Source: an uncultured Rhodospirillaceae bacterium (GTDB taxonomy: Bacteria; Pseudomonadota; Alphaproteobacteria; MPNO01; UBA830). From it: a stretch of DNA of 64,000 nucleotides. A program made the translations under genes and the position numbers. A model generated the notes under the pieces. That model was not told where the DNA came from, made no database searches, and was given only the letters and a program-made list of their open reading frames with translations. Below, piece by piece: positions 1-8,563 of the stretch (positions are counted from its first letter, which is position 1; the number at the start of each line of letters is the position of its first letter). Location of the stretch: NCBI GenBank assembly GCA_963974055.1, contig CAXBCP010000001.1, positions 191,471 through 255,470 on the forward strand, written 5' to 3'.

Positions 1-2
1 AC

Positions 3-155
3 GATTCCGGGGGGTTCGGAACGTTCCTGATCGTTACCGGCAAAGACTGGGCGACCGCCGAAAAACGCGCCCGGTCGATGACCCGTTTCATGGAAGAAGT
101 CGCACCGCAACTGCGCGACCTCGAACCCGCAGAAGCATCCCTCGCGGCCGAATAA
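3..155 (+). CDS. 3' end of an unidentified protein-coding gene (partial; window starts inside it)
   Basis: An open frame runs from the window edge to TAA at 153-155. It translates to ...FGTFLIVTGKDWATAEKRARSMTRFMEEVAPQLRDLEPAEASLAAE* with non-repetitive composition. No family recognised. Confidence 0.35.
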   Translation, partial: DSGGFGTFLIVTGKDWATAEKRARSMTRFMEEVAPQLRDLEPAEASLAAE

Positions 156-264
156 CGGGTTCGTCGCATTTGCCGCGGCGCGTGAATGATCTAGACTGGA
201 CCGTCGCCGGTTGGCGGCAGCGTATTGCGGGCTTTTCCGCATTCCCTTTCACGGCGGCCATCCA

Positions 265-1140
265 TTGTTCCTGCAAATCTTTTCGGTCATCGCGCCCGTC
301 TTTGTCTGTGCCGGCATCGGGTTCGTCTGGGGACGGGCAGGAAGGCCGTTCGACACCCGTATGGTCGGCGCGCTCGCCCTGAACCTCGGCATGCCCTGCC
401 TGGCGTTTTCGGCCCTGACCAAGCTGAAGGTCAGCCCCGAGGCCTTTGCGGAAATGGCCGGCGCCTATGCCCTGGTCCTCGGGTGTTTCCTGGTAGTCGG
501 ACTGATTTCTATTACGGTCATGCGGCTTCCGGCTCATACGTTCCTGCCGGTTTTTACGTCGTCCAATACCGGCAATATGGGACTGCCGCTTTGCCTGTTC
601 GCTTTTGGCCCCGAGGGCCTGGCGCTCGGCATCTGCGTGTTCGTGTTGTCGTCGCTGTTCAGCTTCACCGTGGGGTGGAGCATCTATGCGGGCCGTGTCG
701 CAGCGGACGTTTTTTACAACAATCCGCTGATCTACGCGGTTGCCATCGCCCTGGTCTTTATGGTCACCGACACGCCGCCACCGGTCTGGCTCGCCAATAC
801 GACGGCGTTGATGGGCGGACTCGCCATTCCCCTGATGCTGATCTCGCTCGGTGTCGCGATCTCCAAAATGCGGGCCGAGGGTGCCGGCCGTATCATCATC
901 ATCTGCACGGTCAAGCTGATCGCGGGCTTTGCAGTCGGATACGGTATTGCCACCCTGCTCGGGCTCGAAGGGGCGGCCCGGGGCGCGCTGATTATCGAAT
1001 CCGCCATGCCGGTTGCGGTACATAACTATATGTTCGCCCAGAAATTCAACCGCAATACTGCTGACACCGCCAGCATGATTCTGGTTTCCACCGCCATTTC
1101 CCTGGCAAGCCTGCCATTGCTGATGCTGATCGTGCTGTAA
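265..1140 (+). CDS. AEC (auxin efflux carrier / MdcF-like) family membrane transporter, paralog 1
   Basis: About 290 aa polytopic membrane protein. The N-terminus (M)FLQIFSVIAPVFVCAGIGFVWGR and C-terminal IIESAMPVAVHNYMFAQKFN are typical of the AEC/Mem_trans family. Start is uncertain: TTG at 265 chosen by alignment with the downstream paralog; the ORF could start at TTG 211. Confidence 0.65.
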   Translation: MFLQIFSVIAPVFVCAGIGFVWGRAGRPFDTRMVGALALNLGMPCLAFSALTKLKVSPEAFAEMAGAYALVLGCFLVVGLISITVMRLPAHTFLPVFTSSNTGNMGLPLCLFAFGPEGLALGICVFVLSSLFSFTVGWSIYAGRVAADVFYNNPLIYAVAIALVFMVTDTPPPVWLANTTALMGGLAIPLMLISLGVAISKMRAEGAGRIIIICTVKLIAGFAVGYGIATLLGLEGAARGALIIESAMPVAVHNYMFAQKFNRNTADTASMILVSTAISLASLPLLMLIVL

Positions 1141-1153
1141 GGCCGTGCCGGGT

Positions 1154-2035
1154 ATGGACATCATTTCCCAGCTTGCCGGCGTGATCGTGCCGGTTTTTAT
1201 CTGCGTCGGTTTCGGCGTGTTGTGGTCGAAGATCGGGACCCCGTTCGATTCAGGGCTGATTACGTCGCTGGTCTACAATGTCGGCGCGCCCTGCCTGATC
1301 CTGGCAACGTTCCAGAAGGTTGAATTATCGCCCGCTGCGATGGGTGAAATCGCCCTTGCGACGCTCGCCTGCTATGCGGCGTTTACGGTGATCGGCTTCG
1401 GGCTGCTCCGATTATTGCGTCTCGATCTGCCGTCCTACCTGCCGTCGCTGATATTTCCGCTGACCGGCAGCATGGGATTGCCGGTTTCGTATTTCGCCTT
1501 TGGCGATGAAGGCCTGGCGCTGGCCATTGTCTATTTCACCTTCGGCGCCATCGGCACGTTCACCATCGGCGCCGCGATCGCCGAAGGAAAGCTGTCCTAT
1601 GCCAAGCTGGCGCGTGCGCCGGTATTGTATGCGGTCGTCATTGCCGTCACGCTGCAACTGACGGGCGGCCGTTTGCCGGAATGGATTTTCAATACGACGG
1701 ACCTTTTGGGCGGCATGGTGATCCCGGCCCAGCTTGTCGCCCTCGGCGTCTCGCTCCTCGATCTTCGGACAGGCGGCGCCACGCGCAGCGCCTTTCTCGG
1801 GGCCTTCCGTCTGGCGATGGGTGTCGCCGTGGGTGTCGCCATCGCCTGGGCTTTCGGGCTTGACGGCCCGGCCCGCGCCATCGTTATCATCCAGAGCGCA
1901 ATGCCGGTTGCAATTTCAAGCTATCTGTTTGCGCAGAAATTCGGCCGCAAGCCTGAAGAAGTCGCCGGTATGGTGGTCTCTTCGACGGCGCTGTCCTTTG
2001 TCACCCTGCCGTTTTTACTGTTGCTTGTACTGTAA
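1154..2035 (+). CDS. AEC family membrane transporter, paralog 2 (tandem duplicate)
   Basis: ATG at 1154 gives MDIISQLAGVIVPVFICVGFGVLW. It is collinear with the upstream paralog throughout (IIQSAMPVAISSYLFAQKFG versus IIESAMPVAVHNYMFAQKFN). It begins 14 nt after the stop of paralog 1. Confidence 0.7.
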   Translation: MDIISQLAGVIVPVFICVGFGVLWSKIGTPFDSGLITSLVYNVGAPCLILATFQKVELSPAAMGEIALATLACYAAFTVIGFGLLRLLRLDLPSYLPSLIFPLTGSMGLPVSYFAFGDEGLALAIVYFTFGAIGTFTIGAAIAEGKLSYAKLARAPVLYAVVIAVTLQLTGGRLPEWIFNTTDLLGGMVIPAQLVALGVSLLDLRTGGATRSAFLGAFRLAMGVAVGVAIAWAFGLDGPARAIVIIQSAMPVAISSYLFAQKFGRKPEEVAGMVVSSTALSFVTLPFLLLLVL

Positions 2036-2104
2036 CCCCGCAACACTACATATTGGTGGCGCCATTCGACTCGCCGCCCCGCCGCTTTCATCTACAGGCT
2101 CTTC

Positions 2105-2731
2105 ATGAATAATTCCCAGTTTTCCCTGCCGCCCGTCGCAATCAAGCTATTGGTTGCGCTTACCGGCGTTCAGGCGGTCCGGGCGATCCTGCCGCCTGAA
2201 TTCGATGCCTATCTGGTCGTGTTCCTGGGATTCGATCTGTTCCGCGGCGGCGAGCTTAACCTCTTCTGGGCCTATGGCGCTGTGACATCGGTCTTCGTCC
2301 ATGGCGGCTGGTTGCACCTGCTGGCGAACGCGACATGGATCGTGGTGCTGTCGCCCCAGATTTCGCCGCATCTTTCGGGCTGGCGCTTCGTGACGTTTTT
2401 CGTCGCCACCGGAACCGCGGGCGCCCTGACCCATGCGCTGATCAACTGGGGCCAAAGCCAGATCCTGGTCGGCGCGTCCGGCGCAGTCTTCGGCCTGCTG
2501 GGGGCCGGTGCCTATGTCATGATCCGCGGCCGCGACGGGTATTCGAAACCGAGTGCGAAGGACTTCGCGCAATACATTCTGGTGATGATGATCGTGAATA
2601 TCGGCTATGCCGTTCTCAGCGACGGGAACGTAAGCTGGGAAGCCCATGCCGGCGGTTTCTTCGCCGGGCTCGTCCTGTTCCCCTTTATGCGCAGCCGTCC
2701 CCCGTCTCCCGGGCTGACGGTCGTCCACTAA
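2105..2731 (+). CDS. rhomboid family intramembrane serine protease
   Basis: 208 aa, about 6 TM. It has the rhomboid catalytic motifs HGGWLHLLANATW, GASGAVFGLLG (Ser) and AHAGGFFAG (His). Confidence 0.75.
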   Translation: MNNSQFSLPPVAIKLLVALTGVQAVRAILPPEFDAYLVVFLGFDLFRGGELNLFWAYGAVTSVFVHGGWLHLLANATWIVVLSPQISPHLSGWRFVTFFVATGTAGALTHALINWGQSQILVGASGAVFGLLGAGAYVMIRGRDGYSKPSAKDFAQYILVMMIVNIGYAVLSDGNVSWEAHAGGFFAGLVLFPFMRSRPPSPGLTVVH

Positions 2732-2866
2732 AGCATATTCCGCTTAAGCGGAATCGCACCGGCCCGGTGCCGCCAAAACAGGAAATACTCTCAGCAACCG
2801 GACCGTATAGAAAAACGGGCGCAGAACCCGGCCTGCGCCCGTTGCTTTTCATAGGTTTTCAGCGCG

Positions 2867-3622
2867 TCAGTGCATTGCCGAGCCGCCATCGACGACCAGG
2901 GTCTGGCCGGTGATGAAATCCGAATCCGACGACGAGAAAAATACCAGGGCACCGATAAGGTCTTCGGGCATCTGTTCGCGTTTGATCGCGCGCGACGCGG
3001 TATTGCCGTCCTTGACCGCCGTCCATTGTGGGTCGTCGACGACCTTTTCGCTCATCGTCAGGCCGGGGGCGATGCAGTTGACCGTAATGCCGTCGTCGCC
3101 GACTTCGCGGGCGAGCGCTCGGGTGAAGGCGATCTGCGCGCCCTTGGAACTGACGTAGTGAAGCAGCATCGGCGTTCCCTTGAACACGGTGCCGGACGCG
3201 ATGTTTACGATCTTGCCGTAACCGTTCCTTTTCATTTCCGGCACGGCGGCCTTGACGCAACTGAACACACCGCGGGTGTTGATCTGCATCACCCGGTCCC
3301 ATTCGGCTTCGTCGATGTCCAGGAACGATCCCTGTTTCAGGTCGGCGAACAGGGCCGCGTTATTCACCAGGATATCGAGTTTGCCGAAGGTTGAAACGGT
3401 CTCTGCGACCATGGCTTTGATATTATCGGGATCGGTAACGTCGCAATGAACGCCGATGGCCTCGCCGCCGGCCTGCTTGATGATGTTGACCGTGGTTTCC
3501 GTATCCACAATGTCGGTGACCGCGACTTTCGCGCCTTCCGCAGCCAGCACCTTGGCGTATTCCACGCCAATGCCGCGTCCCGCGCCGGTGACAACGGCCA
3601 CCTGTCCGTCCAGTCTTCCCAT
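2867..3622 (-). CDS. SDR family NAD(P)-dependent oxidoreductase (3-oxoacyl-ACP reductase-like)
   Basis: The protein has the cofactor motif VVTGAGRGIG, NNAA, and the catalytic YxxxK (HYVSSKGAQ). ATG at 3622 is preceded by AGGGAGAAG; the ORF-track start at 3691 is rejected in favour of it. Last gene of the minus-strand liv-like operon. Confidence 0.85.
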   Translation of the reverse strand: MGRLDGQVAVVTGAGRGIGVEYAKVLAAEGAKVAVTDIVDTETTVNIIKQAGGEAIGVHCDVTDPDNIKAMVAETVSTFGKLDILVNNAALFADLKQGSFLDIDEAEWDRVMQINTRGVFSCVKAAVPEMKRNGYGKIVNIASGTVFKGTPMLLHYVSSKGAQIAFTRALAREVGDDGITVNCIAPGLTMSEKVVDDPQWTAVKDGNTASRAIKREQMPEDLIGALVFFSSSDSDFITGQTLVVDGGSAMH

Positions 3623-3650
3623 TATCTTCTCCCTTGATAGGCTGTTGGCA

Positions 3651-4358
3651 TTATTCCAGTCCGAGGAACTTGTTCGAAAATCCGGGATCATTCAAGAGCG
3701 CGTCTTTTGCACCGTCCAGCACGGTCCGCCCGTTTTCGATGACATAGGCGTGTTCGACGAAATCAAGGGCGCGGTGAATGTTCTGTTCGACCAGAAGCAT
3801 GGTCATGCCGTTGTCTGAAATCCCGCGCAGCGCCTCCATCACTTCGTCGACTAGGATCGGCGCGACCCCGAGGAATGGCTCGTCCAGCAGCAGCAGATCG
3901 GGAGACGACATCAGGGCGCGGCAGATCGCGAGCATCTGTTGCTGGCCACCCGACAGCGTGCCGGCCATGTCGCCGCTTTTCTGACTGAGAATCGGGAACA
4001 GCGAGAAGGCGCGGTCGATGCCGTCGTTCACCCCGGCGCGCGCCGATCTGGTATAGGCGCCCATTTCCAGGTTTTCGCGCACGGTCATTTCACCGAACAG
4101 CCGCCGTCCTTCCGGCACCAGCGCGATGCCGGCTTCGACGTTCTGCGGCGGGGCGACGCCCGCTATCGACTTTCCCTTGAAACCGATATCGCCCTCTGCC
4201 GGCGGATACAGGCCGAGAATTGCGCCGAGCGTGGTCGACTTGCCGGCACCGTTTGCGCCAAGCAGCCCGACCCGGCTGCCCTTTTCGACCTGCAGCGACA
4301 GATCCCAGATTGCACGCAGTTTGCCGTGATCGACGGCAAGGTTCTCGATCGTCAGCAT
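3651..4358 (-). CDS. livF: branched-chain amino acid-type ABC transporter ATP-binding protein (LivF-like)
   Basis: Starts MLTIENLAVDHGKLRAIWDLSL. Walker A is GANGAGKST, the signature is LSGGQQQM, and Walker B is LLLDEP. Its start overlaps the upstream gene by 7 nt. Confidence 0.85.
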   Translation of the reverse strand: MLTIENLAVDHGKLRAIWDLSLQVEKGSRVGLLGANGAGKSTTLGAILGLYPPAEGDIGFKGKSIAGVAPPQNVEAGIALVPEGRRLFGEMTVRENLEMGAYTRSARAGVNDGIDRAFSLFPILSQKSGDMAGTLSGGQQQMLAICRALMSSPDLLLLDEPFLGVAPILVDEVMEALRGISDNGMTMLLVEQNIHRALDFVEHAYVIENGRTVLDGAKDALLNDPGFSNKFLGLE

Positions 4359-6124
4359 CCCGCATCTCCCGGCGCCGCAGACCCGAGAGGCGCCGCAGAC
4401 CCGAGATAGGTGCTGAGCACGCGTTCGTCGCGCACGACCGTGTCGAGCGGGCCGTCGGCGATGATCGATCCCTGTTCGAGCACGATCACGCGATCGACCA
4501 CCTGGGCAAGCGCCGAAAAGATATGTTCGACCCAGATGATGGTGATGCCGTAATCGTCGCGCAGTTCGCGGATGTGGTTGACGAAAGTGCGGACCTCGAC
4601 CGGGGTCAGGCCCGATGCGACCTCGTCCACCAGCAGCAACCTGGGCCGGCATGCCAGCGCCCGCGCCAGTTCCAGCGCTTTCTTCTGTTGCAGGTTCAGT
4701 GAATCCGCGCGGTCCGTCAGGCGGTCCGTCAGGCCCACATAGGCGGCGAACTGTGTCGCCAGACCCAGCGAATCCGCCAGCGTCGCCGATGCGTCGCCGC
4801 GGTTCATCAGCGGCATCGCGATATTTTCGGCGACCGTCAGGTCCGAGAACGGCCGGGGAATCTGATAGGTCCGCCCGATCCCCAGCTTCGACGCCTCGTC
4901 GCGGCGGGCGCCCGCAAGGTCGTGGCCGAGAAAGACGATTTCGCCGGACTTCTGTTCGAACACCTTCGAAATGCAGTTGAACAAAGTCGTCTTGCCCGAC
5001 CCGTTGGTGCCGACAAGCCCCACGATTTCGCCCGCATTGATCGTCAGACTGACATTGTCGACCGCGACATTGCCGCCGAACGCCATGGTGAGGTTACGGC
5101 ATTCGAGCACCGGCGTGCCCGGCGCGACGGCGATTTTCGGCAGCGGCAGGTCGCCGGTATCCGGCGCGCCCGCAGTCGCCGTCACGAAGCGGTCGTGTTC
5201 CCGCCCGAGGAAGCCCGTCCATCGGTTGCCGCGTACGACGGCGCTGCGCAACAGGCCGCCAGGCATGTAGCGTCCGATCAGCAGCAGCAGCAGGCCGAAG
5301 ATAGCGGTCTGCAGGATCGGCAGGCTGACGATCAGCAACTGGTTGAACAGCGACAGAATGATCACGCCGACTACCGCTCCCCAGAGCAGGCCCGATCCGC
5401 CGAGCAGCGCCATCGCGATCGGCACCAGGGCGACGTCGAGGCCGAACACGGTCGTCGGATCGATATAGGAAAGCTGCCAGCCCTGCAGCGCACCGGCAAC
5501 GGACGCAAACCCCGCCGAAAGAATCAGCACTTTGGACTTGGCCGGGAATATACGGATTCCACTGATTTCAGCCGCTTCCTCGTCATTGCGAATCGCCTTG
5601 AGCGCATATCCGAACCGGGTGCGGATCAGCCACACCGTGGCGATCGCGGTCAGCCCCACCAGGCCTATGGCAATATAATAGGCCTCGAACAGCACATAGT
5701 TCGGCGGCAGCACGACACCGTCCGCCCCCCCGGTGAAATCGAAATTGAAGGCGAGCAATTCCGTCAGCGGCAGGATCGCGAGCGTCGCGAAGGCGAAGTA
5801 ATCACCGCTCAGGCGAAACAGCGGGAAGCTGACCACGAAGGCGACCGTTGACGTTACCGCGACGGCGATCGCGAAGCAGAGCGGGATCGGTACGTTGTTC
5901 AGCAGCGACAGGCAGAACGCGTAGGCGCCAATACCGTAAAATGCGAAATGGGCGAGGTTGATATAACCCGCTTCGCCGCCCACCCAGTCCCAGCTCTGCG
6001 CGAGGGCATAGGAGATCAGCATGGTGAAAAGCAGGGTCGTCGTATAGGCGCTGCCTGACGTCGGCACCAGGGCAAGAGCGGCGAGGACCATCCCGCCGCC
6101 GAGCCAGTAGCGGTAGTTGCTCAT
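4352..6124 (-). CDS. fused ABC permease (LivM-like) / ATP-binding (LivG-like) protein
   Basis: The N-terminal ~330 aa are polytopic (MSNYRYWLGGGMVLAALALVP..., LivM-like). The C-terminal ~250 aa carry a full ABC ATPase: GTNGSGKTT, the LSGGQ-type LNLQQKKALELARAL, and LLLVDE. The ATG at 6122-6124 overlaps the LivH stop (ATGA). Confidence 0.8.
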   Translation of the reverse strand: MSNYRYWLGGGMVLAALALVPTSGSAYTTTLLFTMLISYALAQSWDWVGGEAGYINLAHFAFYGIGAYAFCLSLLNNVPIPLCFAIAVAVTSTVAFVVSFPLFRLSGDYFAFATLAILPLTELLAFNFDFTGGADGVVLPPNYVLFEAYYIAIGLVGLTAIATVWLIRTRFGYALKAIRNDEEAAEISGIRIFPAKSKVLILSAGFASVAGALQGWQLSYIDPTTVFGLDVALVPIAMALLGGSGLLWGAVVGVIILSLFNQLLIVSLPILQTAIFGLLLLLIGRYMPGGLLRSAVVRGNRWTGFLGREHDRFVTATAGAPDTGDLPLPKIAVAPGTPVLECRNLTMAFGGNVAVDNVSLTINAGEIVGLVGTNGSGKTTLFNCISKVFEQKSGEIVFLGHDLAGARRDEASKLGIGRTYQIPRPFSDLTVAENIAMPLMNRGDASATLADSLGLATQFAAYVGLTDRLTDRADSLNLQQKKALELARALACRPRLLLVDEVASGLTPVEVRTFVNHIRELRDDYGITIIWVEHIFSALAQVVDRVIVLEQGSIIADGPLDTVVRDERVLSTYLGSAAPLGSAAPGDAGC

Positions 6125-6999
6125 GTCGTTTTCCGCCGCCCGAAGCCCTGCGGGAAGATCACCAGGATCACCAGCAACAGCACGATGGAAATGGCCGGCG
6201 CCCACTGGGTTGCCCAGAAGAACGACGTGAATCCTTCGGCGAGGCCGAGAAAGATTCCGGCCATCAGCGCGCCGATCAGGTTGCCGATCCCACCGAGAAT
6301 AATGATCGTGAACGCCTTTACCGTCAGCGAGAACCCGATATAGGGATCGACCGGGAACAGCATGGCGTAGAGTACGGCGGCGATCCCGACGATGCCGGAT
6401 CCGAAAGCGAAGGTCAGCGCATGCACCCGGTCCGCTTTTACGCCGCAGATCGTGGCGCCCGCATGGTCCTGGGTCACCGCCCGCATGGCGCGCCCGAACC
6501 AGCTTTTCCGGATGTAAAAGTGCAACGCGATGGTGAAGACGACGATGCCCCCCAGTATCCATGCCTGGGTGGTCGACAGGATCACGTTGCCGATTTCGAT
6601 GGCGTCGAAGCGCAGCGGAATATTGCGCGGCGCCGGCCCGGCGATCCAGGCGGCTACATCGGACAGGATCAGCAGCGCGCCGACCGTGACCAGCACCGAT
6701 CCCACCGTGTATTCGAAGTGGTTTCGTTTCGTCAGCGGCTGCAGCAGCTTGTCGTAGAAGACGTAGCCGAACACCGCGAGGACCGGCACCAGCAGGAGCA
6801 TGATGAGAAGCGGATTCCATGCCGTCGCCGCGAAAATACCGCTTGCCGCAACGCCGCCCACGGCAAGTAGCGTGCCATGGGAGAAGTTGAGTATTCGCGC
6901 GACGCCGTAGATCAGCGACAGGCCGAACGCGACCAGCGCATAGAGCCCGCCGATGAGGATACCGCCCAGCGCGATCTGGATGATGATGGAGGCGTCCAT
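6121..6999 (-). CDS. livH: branched-chain amino acid-type ABC transporter permease (LivH-like)
   Basis: Starts MDASIIIQIALGGILIGGLYALVAFGLSLIYGV, a classic LivH N-terminus. About 8 TM. Start chosen at ATG 6997-6999 rather than the TTG-initiated ORF-track start at 7029. Confidence 0.8.
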   Translation of the reverse strand: MDASIIIQIALGGILIGGLYALVAFGLSLIYGVARILNFSHGTLLAVGGVAASGIFAATAWNPLLIMLLLVPVLAVFGYVFYDKLLQPLTKRNHFEYTVGSVLVTVGALLILSDVAAWIAGPAPRNIPLRFDAIEIGNVILSTTQAWILGGIVVFTIALHFYIRKSWFGRAMRAVTQDHAGATICGVKADRVHALTFAFGSGIVGIAAVLYAMLFPVDPYIGFSLTVKAFTIIILGGIGNLIGALMAGIFLGLAEGFTSFFWATQWAPAISIVLLLVILVIFPQGFGRRKTT

Positions 7000-7047
7000 G
7001 GCGGTCAGGCCAGGGACGCCGAACGACAATATCCGTTCATATCGGCA

Positions 7048-8262
7048 CTACTGCCAGCTGGGGGACGGGTACTGATACTTGCCGGTTGCGATTTCCGGCG
7101 GCCACACGATCACCGGCTTGCCATTCTGTATCTGAAGGGTGAACGCGCCGTTCTTGTGTGCATAGCCGGCCTCGTTGAACGAAATCTGGCCGATCGGTGC
7201 GTCGAACACGCCTTTGAACAGGGCTTTCCGGACGGCTTCGCGGTCGACCTTTCCGGCGCGTTCGATCGCCTGCACCATGATCAGGTAGGCCGAAATCCGC
7301 GACATCGTCCACGGGTAATCGAACATGTCGACATTCGCCCGGCCGACCAGCTCTTCGGCGAAATCGCTATAGGGCCCTTTCACGCCGGGATACCAGGGAA
7401 TTTCACCCGTCACGCCGTCCAGATCGTCGCGGACCTGCTTGTACAGCGACCCCGACAGGATCGCATGATGGACGTCCTTCGCCCTGATCTTGAGGCGGCG
7501 CATCTGCTGGATCAGCGGTACGGACGGGCTGTCATAGGCTGAAATGTATACAATATCGGGACGTCGGATGCGCAGTTTGAGGACCAACGACGTGAAATCC
7601 TTCAGTTCTGCCGAAAACAGCTCGTTACCGAGAACGTTAAAGCCGAGCTCTTTTGCCTTCTTGCTCCAGAACCCGGTGATCGCCTTGGTGACCGGGTTGT
7701 CCTGGGTGACGAAATAGATCGTCTTCGGCTGGGGCGTCTGCTTCGACAACATGTCGAAATATCGGGTCGACCAGTTGGGCACGGTCGGCATCGGCGTGCC
7801 CCACATGTATTTCAGGCCACGCTTGAAAATCGGCGGCGCGGCGACATTGGCCATCACCATCGGAATTTTATGCCGCTCGGCGACCGGCGGTACCGGGAAG
7901 CCCATGGCCGACCAGTCCGGCCCGACGAAGAAATCGACCTTGTCGACCGTCGCCATGCGCTCATACAGGCTGACCGCGGTCGCCGGCACGCTCTGGTCGT
8001 CATAAATAACGATCTTCAGGGGAACCTTATTGCCGCAGTCTTTAAGGTTTATCCCGCCCTTTTCATTGATCATCTTGGCGAATTCGATGGTCATGTCGCG
8101 CCATTTGTCGGCCAGGGTCGAATACCTCCCGGTCGACGATATTGTTGTGCCGAACGTCACGGGGTCGGTACAGCTGCCGACCGTCGCCTGTGCCGGCGAT
8201 GTTGCCGAAATCGCGGCGAGTGCCGCGGCCCCGAGTGCGAATGCACCAATCGTATATTTCAT
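7048..8262 (-). CDS. ABC transporter substrate-binding protein (LivK / leucine-binding-protein family)
   Basis: MKYTIGAFALGAAALAAISATSPAQA is a signal peptide. The type-I periplasmic binding fold shows motifs such as IPMVMANVAAPPI and IVYISAYDSPSV. A strong SD (GGAGGAAAC) precedes ATG 8262. First gene of the minus-strand ABC operon. Confidence 0.8.
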   Translation of the reverse strand: MKYTIGAFALGAAALAAISATSPAQATVGSCTDPVTFGTTISSTGRYSTLADKWRDMTIEFAKMINEKGGINLKDCGNKVPLKIVIYDDQSVPATAVSLYERMATVDKVDFFVGPDWSAMGFPVPPVAERHKIPMVMANVAAPPIFKRGLKYMWGTPMPTVPNWSTRYFDMLSKQTPQPKTIYFVTQDNPVTKAITGFWSKKAKELGFNVLGNELFSAELKDFTSLVLKLRIRRPDIVYISAYDSPSVPLIQQMRRLKIRAKDVHHAILSGSLYKQVRDDLDGVTGEIPWYPGVKGPYSDFAEELVGRANVDMFDYPWTMSRISAYLIMVQAIERAGKVDREAVRKALFKGVFDAPIGQISFNEAGYAHKNGAFTLQIQNGKPVIVWPPEIATGKYQYPSPSWQ

Positions 8263-8563
8263 TTTTGTTTCCTCCAGGGCTGCGCGCTTGCGGTTTTTTG
8301 CTTTCCGGCGCAGCGTTGAACACACAGAATAGGGCGCTCCGACCGGAGACCCCGTCGAAGACAACTTACTCAGAAGCGTTTTTTTGAAATTCGAATTCGG
8401 TTGCGTCGTCAATTTCATCGTCCCTTCGCCGGCATTATCCGGTGCAGGTTCCAGGAGTCGTTCGCTTGCCGAACCTCTCAGCCGCATATGGCGGCTCCCC
8501 CCGATGGAAGACCGGATTATGCGCGGGCGGATTTGAGATGACAAGTCAGGAATAAAATTTTCG

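Noticed and set aside
88-1164. 358-aa minus-strand ORF antisense to the first AEC transporter gene
   Set aside because: It is Arg/Gly/Asp/Gln-rich and low-complexity, with no signal or domain features. It lies fully antisense to a well-supported membrane protein gene. Typical spurious long ORF in high-GC DNA.
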